A stretch of 63,913 nt of DNA, the filler included, from Piptocephalis cylindrospora (taxonomy: Eukaryota): NCBI GenBank assembly GCA_003614145.1. It is 15 parts of 15 records of this genome, joined end to end, with 100 filler letters (N's around TTAATTAATTAA, not from the genome) between each part and the next. Parts side by side here need not be neighbours in the genome. Positions count along the whole stretch, not along the records: positions 12,980 to 17,188 come from KZ988556.1; positions 17,289 to 21,489 come from KZ988557.1; positions 21,590 to 25,776 come from KZ988558.1; positions 25,877 to 30,062 come from KZ988559.1; 11 more parts are not named here. The stretch is one strand, 5' to 3'. The position numbers and the translations under genes were made by a program. The notes under the pieces are model-generated. The model was given only the letters and a program-made list of their open reading frames with translations, did not search any database and had not been told where the DNA came from. This document shows, in pieces, positions 12,980-26,003 of the stretch (position 1 is the stretch's first letter; each line of letters begins with the position of its first letter).

Positions 12980-13537
12980 TACGAGGAGGGACATTTTGAT
13001 GGGCGGATCCATGGCTACCGGGAGTGCTCAGTGTCGCACTGGCCCGTCGGACCAGAAGAGGGTGAGTTTATCCGAGGGATTCTTCGTCGGATAATGAATC
13101 AGTTCAGCCCGGATGTCCAGTGGCTCTCTCCTCATCTCCTAGAGCTACGCGAAGGAGGAGGGATAGATTTTCACGTGGATAATCACGATTCATCTGGAGG
13201 GGTCTTGGTGGGCCTAAGCCTGGTCTCTGCGTGTGTCATGCATCTGCGACACCGGGAGGAGCATGGACGTGCCTTCTCTGTCCTACTCCCGCCCAACTCT
13301 TTATATATTCAAAGGGGAGTATGTCGATTTGCCTATGAGCATGCCATTCCGGAATCGGGAACCTTGCGGTCATGGGCGGGCAAACCCATTCCCCCAGCAC
13401 GGCGAATTTCCCTGATGCTTCGGGTAAGTATTGGCGGATATAAGAATCATGATGATTTGGTCATTAGATGGCTCATGACCTTTATCCTGATCGCTCCTCT
13501 CATATCTATTTAGGACGCACCGGGATCCATACTTGAT
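12980..13537 (+). CDS. ALKBH7: AlkB-family 2OG-Fe(II) dioxygenase, ALKBH7-like; 5' truncated by contig edge
   Basis: YEEGHFDGRIHGYRE, HVD, YEHAI and RRISLMLR motifs; likely intron 13424-13513. Confidence 0.8.
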
Positions 13538-13821
13538 GATCCCCAGAGTATCTATCGGCCCAGTAGTCCCCGTAATAAGGATGATATGTAGGATGTGTAT
13601 GCCAAGTTTCATGAAATATATACTTTTTTGACCCATCTAAATGTTACGGGATTCATCAAGACAACATAATGAGAGGGACAAAAGGAAAAAAGGAATGAAT
13701 ACGATAGGAAGCCTTTTCGTTGGTTGAAAGTCAAAGTAAGGGCTATAGAGACCGCCTTTCATCCCTTACCGCCATCCCAGCACATCTCCCTTAGGGGAGA
13801 GAGGAAAGGATGGAAGGTGAA

Positions 13822-14310
13822 TCAGGCGACACGCTGTAGCTGGGCACTTGGCCGACGGACGGCCTGGATAATGGAGAGAGATACACCACTCCCACGACGA
13901 GTCACGTCGTCAGTGGCTCTGGCAAAGATGGTGCCATTTCCCGCCCTACTCCCAGTAAAAGGAGCCTCAGCCATGGACTGACCCATGAGCAGGGATCGGG
14001 AAGATTCTGAGGCACGGCGATCAAAGCGGCCTTGGTGCGAGTGGTCGCGTAGCTTACGACGCAGACTAATGACCAGTGCTACCAGGGTGACGACGACCAA
14101 GAGAAGGGCAATGAGAAGGAGGATAAGAATGGGGGAGAAGGCGTGACCTTCCCCAGGACCATGACTATGGCCCAACACAGTGGCCCCCTGATATCCAGAG
14201 GAGGCCCTGTGAATTTGGGAGGTATTCACCGCGAGGGCTTCGGACAACTGACCCGACACCACCAGGATGCCTGGATTACCAGAGAAGGAGTCGCTTGGGA
14301 GGGGAGACAT
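13822..14310 (-). CDS. Hypothetical single-pass membrane protein
   Basis: 162 aa with a strong TM segment (ILILLLIALLLVVVTLVALVISL) followed by RRKLR. Confidence 0.6.
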   Translation of the reverse strand: MSPLPSDSFSGNPGILVVSGQLSEALAVNTSQIHRASSGYQGATVLGHSHGPGEGHAFSPILILLLIALLLVVVTLVALVISLRRKLRDHSHQGRFDRRASESSRSLLMGQSMAEAPFTGSRAGNGTIFARATDDVTRRGSGVSLSIIQAVRRPSAQLQRVA

Positions 14311-15227
14311 GGTGTGAGGAAGCAGAGATGGGGAGGGAGAGGGAGGTGGGCGGAGGAGGTGAGGGTGAAGTTGTTTCTATAGGAAGGAAGTGAGATGAGA
14401 CGGGTGGGGAGCGGCTGAGAGAGGCGTGGAGTGCAGATGGGCAATGGGCAAGCCGAGAAGGACAGGAGTGAGGAAAGGCAAAGGGGGAGGATGGACGTCA
14501 GGGCGGAGGAGTGAAGTGAGAAGAGGCGAGATGAAGAGCAGAGAAGCAGGAAAGGATGTGTTCGAAGGAAGGAGGGAAGGCTAGCTTAGGGAGTGTTGGG
14601 ATTGAATTTAGTGGATCCTATTTATCCCTGCCTCCCTCTACCATCAATACTGGGAGAAGTTATGAAGCAGCAGAGACAGAAAACTCCGTCAGCACTAGTG
14701 CATCTTAACGACCCAATGAGCAGGAGGGTGGATTTTTAACGTGAGCTACTGTTCTTACTCCGACCCACTCCGCTTTCACACACCAGCCTCAAACTCCGAT
14801 GTCTAGTCCATTAGTACAAGGGGAATATTCAAAGGGCCCAATTCAATGTATGGGGATTGGGTGGTTCCTGATTTAATGGATCCATCAGAATCATAAAGGC
14901 CTGATTTCATTATATACTCTACCCCAGATTCTCCCTTTTACGATGGTGAATGACCCGCTAGAGATGAGGGTAATTTAAACCAAAGAGTAGGATTCTTGCT
15001 CTGATGACCGGTCGATGGATCATCGGCATAAGTGATGATCCTTGGAGGGTAGATGTATTGACAAATGCAATCTGATCATCTATGCTATCATTTCTGCTGC
15101 TATTGCATAGTGATGGCAGGAGGCTAGGTTGTGCATGATTTCCTCTGATTCTCCCTAGGGGAGGCACCCACCCTTTCCCTCTCATGCACCATTCCACTTG
15201 AGATCACTTCTTCACACAGCCTAGTAC

Positions 15228-16862
15228 TCAAGCGAAGGGAAGAGGGCCCGAGTCGTCTCGGGTCTTCTGGGAGAAGCTTTTGGCACGTTCGGGACACCCT
15301 AATCCTCCGGAGCTAGGAGGGGTCCTTGAGCCTTCACTGTAATCATCCTCTTTTCCCCCTGTGACGGGGGAGGCGATGATTTTTCGGGACATACGAGATT
15401 TAATGGTATAGGTGGATTGGAAGCTGACACCGCTCATGTGGGAACTGTTGGTGTCAGAGTAGGTTGATGCCGTTTCAGTGGGGGTACGAGACCCACCACT
15501 GGTAAATCCTGTAGATGTGCTGGAGATGTACGGGGTGGCCTGGGCACTGTAATCGTCCTCTTCATCATCCTCCATCTCCTTGGTGTCACCAGTCTTGTTT
15601 TGATGTTCCGCACGGGGAGGTAAGACGGCTTGGCCACTACGAGGTTCCCACCAGGTATTTTTATCCTCAGCAATGGGTTCCCCCACGGGGTGAATGGAAG
15701 ATTTGCGGACAAAGGTGGCGGGGTCCACCTCGGGTTCCATCATCTCCCTATGCTCAGCATCTCCCACATACACCAGATCTCCAGTGGGGGAGGAGGGGAG
15801 GCGATCGGACCGACCTAGGGCCCGGGTGATGGCAGGGTCGGTGATCTGGTAAGACGTGACAGTGGAGTGGGCGGTAAAAGGAGGAACGGATGGGATCGAG
15901 CTATTTCGGTTCCGGGTGTACGCGATAGGAGGTTCAGGAAGGGCTTTCCTCTCGGTTAATCCATCGGGTGGATTAGATGGGGGAGGCGGGGGGTGGAAGA
16001 CGGGGGCCTCGTACATGGCGATGACACCCTGGGTGGGGATGGTCTGGGAGATTTCCACAGCCCCCCGAGTAGGCGCAGTATTGTTCAGATGGGCCGGGGC
16101 TGGGGATGAGTGAGTTGAAGACAGGGAGCGATGGGAAGCTGTGGTCAGTGACCCCCGAGGAGAGGTGAAAAATGAAGAAGAGGAAACGACGGCGGCAGCC
16201 ATAGGATAGGGGGGAGGAGAAGTATGGGAGATGGGAAGACCTCTACTATACTCTGCCACGGCTGCACGACGCTTCTTTCGACGGACAACGAGAAAAATAA
16301 CCGTAGTGATGATGAAGATCAAGGCACATCCACTCGCGATGACGATCCAGACGGAGGGGCATTGAATGCCCTCGCAATGGAATTCATCACTCGTAACAGG
16401 ATCGCTTCCGAAATCTCCAGGCTGAGCGGTTTCCCGACCAGATTGAGAAACGCTGCCATCGCCATCCCCATTGGTATCCGACGTGATGGGAGACGAAAGG
16501 CTGGTGGATGGGGCGAAAGACAGGCCCGTGGCTGTGGGGCTCTGGAAGGAAGACGGATCCCTTAGAGTGTTGGTGGGAGGAATGAGATCACTAGCTCTAG
16601 AGGCCGAACCGGGTTGCTGGGCCCTCGTAGGAGAGGCATTGTTGGGTTGGACAGGCGAAGATGGCGAGTTGGACGGTGGAACAGGAGATGCCTCTTCGGA
16701 AGGCTTATGTCCAAGGACATTAGTACCGATCCAACGATCAATGGCCTTGAGGATCCCAGGCAATGACCCATCCTGTTCAGACTCCTGTGGAACTTTTGCG
16801 GGCGCAGGATTAGAGGAGGAAGTGGGTGCTGAACCAGCAGCATCCGAGTTCCTATCGGCCAT
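15228..16862 (-). CDS. Ser/Pro/Thr-rich single-pass membrane protein (sensor/mucin-like architecture)
   Basis: Long ORF with an S/P/T-rich N-terminal region, a TM segment (VWIVIASGCALIFIITTVIFLVV) plus RRKKRR, and a PPPY motif in the tail. Confidence 0.7.
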   Translation of the reverse strand: MADRNSDAAGSAPTSSSNPAPAKVPQESEQDGSLPGILKAIDRWIGTNVLGHKPSEEASPVPPSNSPSSPVQPNNASPTRAQQPGSASRASDLIPPTNTLRDPSSFQSPTATGLSFAPSTSLSSPITSDTNGDGDGSVSQSGRETAQPGDFGSDPVTSDEFHCEGIQCPSVWIVIASGCALIFIITTVIFLVVRRKKRRAAVAEYSRGLPISHTSPPPYPMAAAVVSSSSFFTSPRGSLTTASHRSLSSTHSSPAPAHLNNTAPTRGAVEISQTIPTQGVIAMYEAPVFHPPPPPSNPPDGLTERKALPEPPIAYTRNRNSSIPSVPPFTAHSTVTSYQITDPAITRALGRSDRLPSSPTGDLVYVGDAEHREMMEPEVDPATFVRKSSIHPVGEPIAEDKNTWWEPRSGQAVLPPRAEHQNKTGDTKEMEDDEEDDYSAQATPYISSTSTGFTSGGSRTPTETASTYSDTNSSHMSGVSFQSTYTIKSRMSRKIIASPVTGGKEDDYSEGSRTPPSSGGLGCPERAKSFSQKTRDDSGPLPFA

Positions 16863-17288
16863 AATGGGGGTCCTTTCTACCAAGGAAAGTCTTGGGACGA
16901 GTGAAGTTGGTTAGGCGGAACAAGAGCGAGAAAGAGAGAAGCAGGATGATGCCTCCTCAAGAGTCTGGGGAGAAGAGGGGGGGAGAGGAAGAAGGGATGA
17001 AGGACTACCTGGAATATGGTATGGTTAGGTGGCACAGCCACTAAATGAAGACTTTCCACCGGGGAAAGGAAGAACAAAGAGGAGGGGAGGAGGAGGGGGG
17101 GGGGGGGGGGGGGGGGGGGCGGGAGGGGGGGAGGCGGGGGAGGGAAAAAAGGGGAGGGGAGGGGGAGAGGGAAAGAAAAAAGAGAAGGNNNNNNNNNNNN
17201 NNNNNNNNNNNNNNNNNNNNNNNNNNNNNNNNTTAATTAATTAANNNNNNNNNNNNNNNNNNNNNNNNNNNNNNNNNNNNNNNNNNNN

Positions 17289-17958
17289 GGTGATTTTCTT
17301 CTGTTTCTGGCAACAGATCCTCTTGGGCATCCTTGGGCATTATGGGGTGATCGAAGCGACAACGTACTGGACCACAGCCAACATCTCCACAGGTTTACAG
17401 GCTATCCTTGTGTGCTTTGAGATGATTATCTTTGCCTTGCTGCACATCCGTGCCTTCCCGTACGCGCCATACATGCCTGGAGGCCAAGAGGCCGGAGATA
17501 GGAAGGCCCCGAAGCGGTGGTGGAAGGGAATTTCCAAGGCGCTTAACCCCTGGGATCTTGTCCGGGAGATCTACCGAGGCATACACTACATGATCACCGT
17601 CATCTTACTCCGCCGCCCCTCTCCCTATACTGACACAGGTGCCGTGAAGGAAAATAGCATTGGAGCTGGCCATGGAAATGATGGGGATGATGAGGATGAG
17701 ACGAGAGCCCACGGGATGGATCTGCAACGGGCAGTTACTGGTGTCTCTAGCCATCATCTTCCTCGGACCTCCCTGGAAATGGAATCCTCCACCTTCCATG
17801 GGGATGGATGGTCTGAGCCAGGGGCTGTGAGTAAGGCCAATGCCGCACAGGAAGGCGCCGGGGAGAAATCCATCCAGGTTCAGCCTGAAGCAAGGCCCCC
17901 GATGCAAGGATCTTCAGAGAAATATGACGAGGATGTGGAGGTTATGAGAGAAAAGTAG
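17289..17958 (+). CDS. TMEM184/organic solute transporter Ost-alpha family, 3' part (5' truncated)
   Basis: IFFCFWQ and LVCFEMIIFALLHIRAFPY are C-terminal Ost-alpha motifs. Confidence 0.88.
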
Positions 17959-18088
17959 TGATCCATGATCTGTTTTTCATCTCCCTAATTGGCCATTCAC
18001 TCTTGTTCTCATCCCTTCATAACTCTAATTATATGGCCCTATCTTTCTTTCTGTGCATCATTCTTCTTTGAATGTATGTCAAAAGGTA

Positions 18089-19449
18089 CTATTGTTGTTC
18101 AGAGGCCTTTTGGGCCATCACCTTCCATGCTTCCCATTTGGCCAGCTCCTCCTCACTCACTTCTTCCCACCCCCATACACACCCATCCTGGCCTACGACG
18201 TAGATGCGTCTAATGTGCAGGAGAGCGGGGAGTGTCAGAGAAGGATAAATACACCATAAGTGTCCGGTTTTTCCTACCTTCCACCCGACATAACAACCGA
18301 GGCATGGATAGCTCGTGTTGCCCGCTTGTGTCTTAATGCCCTATCCACTTTGCCACTTTCCAGGGAGATGATATGAAGAGCTCCTTGTTGATCCCCAATA
18401 AGGGTATGGGATCCCTGAGGGGTCAGCGAAGGGAGAGATGCCTCCTTGGGCCCAGGGATATTTTTGATCTAATTCCCGTGGGGACGAGGATAGGTGTGGA
18501 AGAGATCAGATGAGGGAAAAAGGGGAGGATGTGGGAGTCAGGTATCCTCTTTGTCTCTTACCACATCACCAGCGTCGGAAAGAAGTACTAGCTTTCCAGA
18601 GACGAGGTGGGCGAGTATTCCATGTTCCTCTGACACTTGAATTCCCTCTATAAAACACGATAAGGATGTCGAGTAATGAGTACAGAAAGGGAAAACTCCT
18701 TTCTCAGGACCCTCTACTGACGGATGGGTTGGGATGCAGTATAAAGAACGCTGCCCTTGGTGAGACGTGACGTTCCTTCTAGATGCTCAATACGCATAGT
18801 AGACAGATCACCATTACGCATGCCCAGGTAAAAGATATCATCTGTAGAGGGGTGGGAAGCAAAGGCACATGCGGTTCTGGAGGCCTTGAAGGATGCATGA
18901 TCCAGGCAGGTAGTAGTAAAGGCATCCCATAGTCGGACCCCATCAGCATGGAGCGTAAGAAGGTGGGCGGAATTTCGAAGGGCGTGCACGTCCAAGACCT
19001 GTCCGGGAGTCTCAGTATCTGGGATCAGACGGGAGAGCTCAGAGGAGCGGGTGAGCGAGAGTATCCTCACCGCTCCTTTTTCATCTCCCATGGCAATAAT
19101 AGCATCTGTTTCCTCTGGCCAAAAAGGCATCCAGGTAAGACAGGTGAGACGAATATCATTTGGCGCCACATACTGGGAGATAAGGTCGGTATGAGGACCA
19201 CAATGGGTGGTGTCGTAAATATTACACTGGATGGGGCAAACTACATGAGCAGGGGCGAGTGAGAGCCATAAATGGACAACCTCTTCTTACCTGAGGACCT
19301 CCAAGAGTAGCAATGAGATTCTCTCGATTAGGCGGGGACATGTGAGGGCTGGGAGGATGGACAGCTATGGCAACGATGGGCTTGCCATGATTTTCCCGGA
19401 TGATCCGACGAAGATGAAACCTGTCCCAGTTGATCGAATCTGATGACAT
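18089..19449 (-). CDS. WD40-repeat protein, EED/ESC/FIE- or LRWD1-like; multi-exon
   Basis: Spliced segments read RENHGKPI..LIATLGG, AIIAMGDEKGAVRIL, GVRLWD, LIGDQQGALHI..LRHKRATRAI and GQDGCVWGW, in the same order as EED-type propeller motifs. Confidence 0.65.
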
Positions 19450-20670
19450 GGCGAGGAGGAGTAGAAGGATAGAGAAGAAACAGGACTGGGTCTCGTGGAA
19501 GGCCAGAGGAGAGCGTCAGGAGTAGAGGAAAAAGTAAACAAGGCACACGTCTGATCATCCCTCGGCGCACCACAATGGATGATGGTGTGGTCTGGGCCGG
19601 CTCAGCCACTTTAGTACTTTTTAACAGGGTTGGTTGAATTGAGCAGTCAATATCTGTGATTTTGCATCAACACATCGTACTACCCGTCTAATCCAGTATG
19701 GAAGAATTCCTTGATATGACATTCAAGGTCATTTCCTTCCCCTTTCCCTAGCAATCGAAAGGCTTTTGTCATGATTTTCTTTGATTAGGATACCGATCAG
19801 AGCACATTCCTCATTCCTTCGACTGGGACTCACTTGTTATCTGGTGAGTAATAAATATCCTCCCTTCCTCCTATACTCCTTATTGCCCAAAGACGCGACA
19901 AAAGCAGTGGGATAAAGCGCGTATTGTGCTGGCGAAATCAGGAAAAACAACATGTAGCCCACACCGGAATAAATTCCACACTCCGCTCTGTTATCACTAG
20001 CTGGGAAGAATACTCCGATACAACGCGGTGAAGTTGGCATAGAAGGCCCAGTCACCTCAAGACATCTGACAGGCCTTACTGCTATAGCTGTATGACTTGA
20101 TCTTGGCACCTCATCCTCCACCCTCCCCCCCTCCAAATGTCCTCTCCCTCATCTTGATTCCTTTTCCTTCCCGCTTCTTCCAGCCCGCCCCAGTCGTTCT
20201 CATTTTTTCGTTCTCAACACTCAAATTCCCCCGTCCCGCCTCCTTCCCTGGGGATTGATCCTTCCTCCCTCCCTTGGCACTCTTTTCCTCTCACCTCGAC
20301 TAGACTGTAGGCCCTGGCCCAAAGATCCGCTTCTCAACATTTTGCGCTTGGCCTTGGTTGTCCGGTCCAGTCCTTCTTCCCTTCTCCGTTTTGAAACCCG
20401 CTTCTTCTCTGAAACGTTCACCGCTTTCCTTGACTCTGATCCGCTCCCTCTCTCCCTTTCCTTCTCTCGCTTTACCCGCTGAACGTATTGATCGTGTTCC
20501 CTCTTCACTGGACATTGTCCCTTTGACGCCATTCCTCCATCTCCTCTTGCGGATTTTCCCTTTTCTCAGCAGAAAAATCGCTCATCTCCCCTTGACTTTT
20601 GCTTCGTCTCATTGAAAGAGAGCAACAAGACTATCCTGATCCACTCCTCTTACGATCCACTTCCATCCTC

Positions 20671-21489
20671 ATGTCAACTGACGTCTCCACTTGCGACATA
20701 TCCCTAGGTCGCCCGCACAATACATTGACCAGGCTATTTGCCTTTGACTCGGGTATCACCATTACCTGGTTCCTCTCAGGCCTCGCGGTCATCCTAGCGA
20801 GCATTATTGCCCTGGTCAGTGTGGCCAGACACCTAATGAGCTACACACTTCCCTCGCATCAGCGGTATATTGTGCGGATCCTTCTCATGATCCCCATTTA
20901 CGGTATCCTTTCTTGGTCCTCCCTCTACTTTTACCACTGGTCTGTGTACCTTGTGGCCCTGCGGGATGTGTACGAGGCCTATACGGTCTCGTCTTTCTTC
21001 CTTCTCCTGCTCAAATATGTGGGAGAGACACCCCGGGAGCAACTAAGCGCCATCCGGGACCACACCGAGCCCGTACGCATGTTCCTTCCCTGCTGTTGCC
21101 TCCACGTCGACCCCAGATCCCGTCATCTCCTGCAGGTGATAAAGGGAGCCGTCCTCCAGCTCATTGTGATCAAACCTCTATGTGCCTTGACCGCTGTCAT
21201 CACTCATTCCCTGGGGGTCTACTGCCCAGACAGCGTGAATCCATCCCACGCCAAGTTTTGGATTGGGATCATAGGGATCACCTCGGTTCTCCTGTGTATG
21301 CTGTTCCTCGTCACGTTCTTTTCTGTGGTCCGGTCTGATATCCGTCACCATAGCCCCGTGGCCAAGTTTCTCGGTTTCAAGGCTATTATCTTCCTTTCCG
21401 TGTGGCAGACTCTGGCCATCACCATTGCCGTCACGGAGCTGGGGACCCCCGCCTCCATGCATCTAGAGATCCCAGAGCTCATCAATCTT
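20671..21489 (+). CDS. TMEM184/Ost-alpha family, 5' part (3' truncated)
   Basis: HLMSYTLPSHQRYIVRILLMIPIY, RDVYEAY and KFLGFKAIIFLSVWQ motifs. Confidence 0.9.
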
Positions 21490-23816
21490 NNNNNNNNNNN
21501 NNNNNNNNNNNNNNNNNNNNNNNNNNNNNNNNNTTAATTAATTAANNNNNNNNNNNNNNNNNNNNNNNNNNNNNNNNNNNNNNNNNNNNTGAAGAGGAAG
21601 AAGAGGAGGAGGAGGAAGCAGAGGAGGAGGAGGAGGAGGAAGAAAAAGGCACAGGATGAAAGGTGGGACTGGATGGTGTAAGGATGGATGCGAATGATCT
21701 AACGATGATGGCAGGTAGGGAGAGGGTGATAAGGTAAGGGAAGGGAAGGGGATAAGGAAGGGAGAAGACAGAGATGGGAAAGTAATGGGGAAAAAGAAGG
21801 AAAGGGCGTGATGAGAAAAGGTGGGGGAGAAGGGGGAAGGGAGAGAATGGCCTGAAATATATTCGTGGCTTGGAGAGACGAGAGGAATACGTGGGTGTAG
21901 GGCCGAGATGTGTATGGGTATGGGAATAGGAGTAGTGTCAAGGCAGAGGTGGTGCGGGAGTAGGGTAGAGGCAGTGTGGGAGAGGGTGCTACTCAATGAA
22001 CGTACTTCGTCTAGAAAGGGGAGAGACGAGCAGAGGAGAGGGAGAAAGACTGGGGACGCACCGACCATGCGTATGCGCTGCGGCAGACGTGGGAAGGGCC
22101 AATGAGAAAGAGAGACCCCTGTCGGAGTTACCAGGGTGACGTGGCGCGTCTACTCCGTCCAGACATTGACACACTGTGGCACTGTACGCAGATGGAGGAG
22201 GGAAGTGGGGATCTACTCCGCTCTGGGAGTTATGAGTGGAAAGGACATTCCCCTGACCCAGGATAAGGAGCCAGTGAGAAAAGGAGGAGGATGTCTTGTA
22301 GGGTGATGTGTCATGCTAGCTGGAGGGTGGAGGAGGGGACAGAGATAGAGAGAGAGGGAGGGACAAAGCTTGACTGACCGATGGCTAGCCACTTTGCCGA
22401 TCACCCTGGTGTGTAGAACCAGAGGGGTGGTACGGACGGGTGGATGAGAAGGATGTGTAGGAGGCCCATATGGTGGGACTGGCGTTTGAGAACGAAAGGT
22501 GATGATGATTGGGAAGGGAGGTGAGGCCAAGAAGTGATGGCCATCCCCACGCGGTCCAGTCCCCGTAGGGAGAGTTGCCATTTCTTCAGTCCCAGGGAAT
22601 ATTCCCATACCCACCTCTCATCAGAACCCGTGATGGGATTTGAATGACGAATTCTAGGGAGGAGAAGGTGCAGATGATGGGCAGGGTGAAAGAAACGTCA
22701 TTTACAGCACATCGGGGGGATGGGGAAGAGTAAGTAAGTGTGTAATGGAGACGAGGCTGGATAATGGAGGAGGAGGAGGAGGAGAATGCAGGGTCCAGTC
22801 GATATGTATGTGAAGGATTAGACGGCGACGGTATGTCATCGGGGAGGAGGGTGAGAGATAAGGTAAGTGGGGTCTCGATGGCTCTTTGTATGCGTATACT
22901 AAGAGCGAGAGGGAGGGGGGGATGGCCAAGAAAACCTATACGTACCCCCACTTGGACATCTATTCATGTGGGTGGTCGAGGTGGAATGCACAGCACCCGT
23001 CTCAGGAAAGGTATTGGGAACGGGAGTGATGGAGGATGAGGGAAGGGCGGGGAGAGATGATCCGCATCATGCATAGAGTGAAGATGGAGAGGAGTGGTGG
23101 AAGAGGGAAGGAAAGGTGGGAGACCCACAAGGCCCCTTCCCATGACATGCAGAGAATGCCCCAGAAGAAGAAAAAGACAGACAGATAGGCAAGCCGGACG
23201 CAAGAGGCTATTCCGAGACTTGTCTAAGCATGTGTCGTCGTCATGCTCTTTACGGTTCCCTTCCTGCTCCTTTCCCATCCTTCCCCCTGAACCGGGGTTC
23301 CCTGAATGATAGGACAGGATGGGGAATGCGGGATGAGAGAGCGGGCTAGGGTCCTTGTCCTTTTAGAAAGTCATTTTTTGTCAAGATTCCGGGAGGGAAT
23401 AGTAGATGTCGACGGTTTCAAGGGACCGTGGGATGTATACATGACAGATATATGGAGGGTGAGAGTGAGAATGAATAAAAAAAATGAGCATATATCCACA
23501 GATATGGATTTTGGAGAGGATAAGTTATAATGTACTGGGGCGAGATGAGAGGATATACTGAATTTGTATGGATGCTTGATGAACGTTGAATGGTGAACGT
23601 TAAGTTTAAGGGGGGTAAGCATGAATCGCATCAAGAACTTCCCTGGACATGTCTCCAACAGGACGTGATGTTCATGTGAAAATAGAATAAGCTAAAATAA
23701 ATAAGTAAAGTATATCACAACCAAGGGGGAAAGTGACAGCATGGACGTGTGGGGTTGTTCGGAGAAGGTGAGGCAGAGGGTCAGTCTCTTCCCTCCTCCA
23801 CAACTACACTCAAGCC

Positions 23817-25185
23817 ATGCTCCGTCTCGAAGCCCAACGCAGCACATACAAGGCACTTGCCCCTCTAATGAGAAGGTCGCGCGGGCTGGCCGTTGCTACG
23901 GATAGCAATACAGTCCCGATGATCTTTGACCGGGCAGCCAAGAGACGACAAAGGGACCGGGCGGCCCAGGATGTGAGCCTGTCTCGACAAACCGATTACC
24001 TTCGGGATGAAGTGGCGGCCCGAGTGGTGGACCGACTACTGGATATTAAACGACGGTTCCCCGTCCTAGTGGACCTTGGGGCGGGGGCGGGGCATATGGT
24101 GAAGCATCTGGAGTCGGACCTGACCTCCAAGGTCATCCAGCTCGAGTATTCACGTGAGTGCCTTTTCTTGAAGGGGGGGAGGGGGGCGTGCACTCAACCT
24201 ATTTGAATCCATGATCTTTAGGGGGGCTTGGAGAACGAGATGTGGGGGAAGAGCGGGAGGTGGAGGTGGAAAGGGTCGTGGCCGATGAGGAAGCGCTGCC
24301 CTTTGAGCCCAATTCACTGGATGCAGTGATTAGCTCGATGAGTCTGCACTGGATCAATGATCTTCCCGGGACCCTATCCCAGGTTAGACATGCACTCAAG
24401 CCCGATGGAGTGTTCCTCGGGGCCATGCTGGGTGGAGATACGCTATACGAGGCAAGGGTAGCGCTTCAACTTGCCGAGACCGAACGACTTGGAGGTATCT
24501 CCCCTCGGGTGTCCCCTATGACCAGTAAGTCGCTTTGAGAGACAGTGACAGAGCCAGGGTCATTTCTAATGAGGTTATGGATGAATATAGATGTGTCGGA
24601 TATGGGACAACTCCTGTCCAGGGCCGGATTGACGCTCACGACGGTGGATGTGGATGAGGTGGTGGTCCGGTACCCGAGTCTCTTTGAGTTGATGACGGAT
24701 CTTCATGATATGGGCGAGTCCAATTCCATTATCAATAGGTGAGTGAGCTAGAGAAGGGAGGGAGGGAGAGGAGTCAATAGACGGAGTGGGGAAGGGCGAG
24801 GGACTGATTTTCCCTGTTGGTACGATTAGACGGCCTTACCTTTCCAGAGATGTGATGATGGCGGCCTCCTCCATCTACCAGGGTAAGCGATGAGGGTGAT
24901 GATGATGGGGGGGGGGGATGGGATATGCGAAATATGAGGCTAACGATGGAGACCAACCGGTAGAAATGTATGGGAGTGAAGATGGGACTATCCCTGCCAC
25001 CTTTCAAATTCTTTACTTGGTCAGTAGGATGGGTGTTGATTGGGTTTCAATGTCTCATTTCTCACGCTTTCACCTTCCATGATGGATGTCTCGAGAGGGA
25101 ATAGATTGGCTGGAAGCCAGATCCATCGCAGCCCAAGCCATTGGCCCGTGGTTCGGCCAAGGCCTCCTTGAAGGAGACCCTTTAG
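23817..25185 (+). CDS. NDUFAF5: Mitochondrial complex I assembly SAM-dependent methyltransferase-fold protein; multi-exon
   Basis: [44 protein letters not shown] and a last exon [18 protein letters not shown]. Confidence 0.92.
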
Positions 25186-26003
25186 AGAATTGAGGGACTA
25201 TTCCATGGGAAAAGAATGGACATGCTACGTTTTCAATCTCAAGTATGGAGGGGAACAGGATCATTGGATGCATCGATTGTTGAACTATCATTATTATTAC
25301 TATTCATCGTCGTCGCCCTTCGTGCCTGGAGGGGATGGACAGGGAGGGAGGGCATGGATAAGGAGGGAGGACATGGCGGGGATGAAATAGTGTGTCAAGT
25401 GTAGGTGTGTGTTAAGCGCGCGCGCGCACAATGGGATATTGGTATGTTGTGGGAGGGTCAAGGCGGGCAGGGCCTCCCCTTACTCTCTCCCGCTCCATGC
25501 TGTTCACACTCTCACCCACATCTGCACGCTGAAGGGAGGGGGATCAAGACGAGACCGGATTGTTATTATTGTAGGGTACCTTGGAGAGAGAGAGAGAGGA
25601 GGGGGGGGGGGGGATAAAGCCAATGTGGGGGGAACATTTTTCCCTTCTCTCTCTCCTCCTACATCATTTTGTCGCGAAAAACACCACCTTTTTCTTCTTG
25701 ACGAAAAACCTTCCCGTCGAAAAAAGAGCATCATCATCCTTCTTACCCTGCTTCATCTTTCGATTAGGTCGGTTGANNNNNNNNNNNNNNNNNNNNNNNN
25801 NNNNNNNNNNNNNNNNNNNNTTAATTAATTAANNNNNNNNNNNNNNNNNNNNNNNNNNNNNNNNNNNNNNNNNNNNTCCGTCCTCCCTCTCTCCTCCTCG
25901 TCTTCTCTTATTTCATCACCAAGTAATCCATTTACATCATACGTATCATCAACTAGCCGGCTGATATCACCCTGGTTCTCCTACTTGCATACCTACAAAC
26001 AGA

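Noticed and set aside
21590..23700. Many short ORFs in a GA-rich region
   Set aside because: Low-complexity purine-rich intergenic/UTR sequence with no coherent coding signal.
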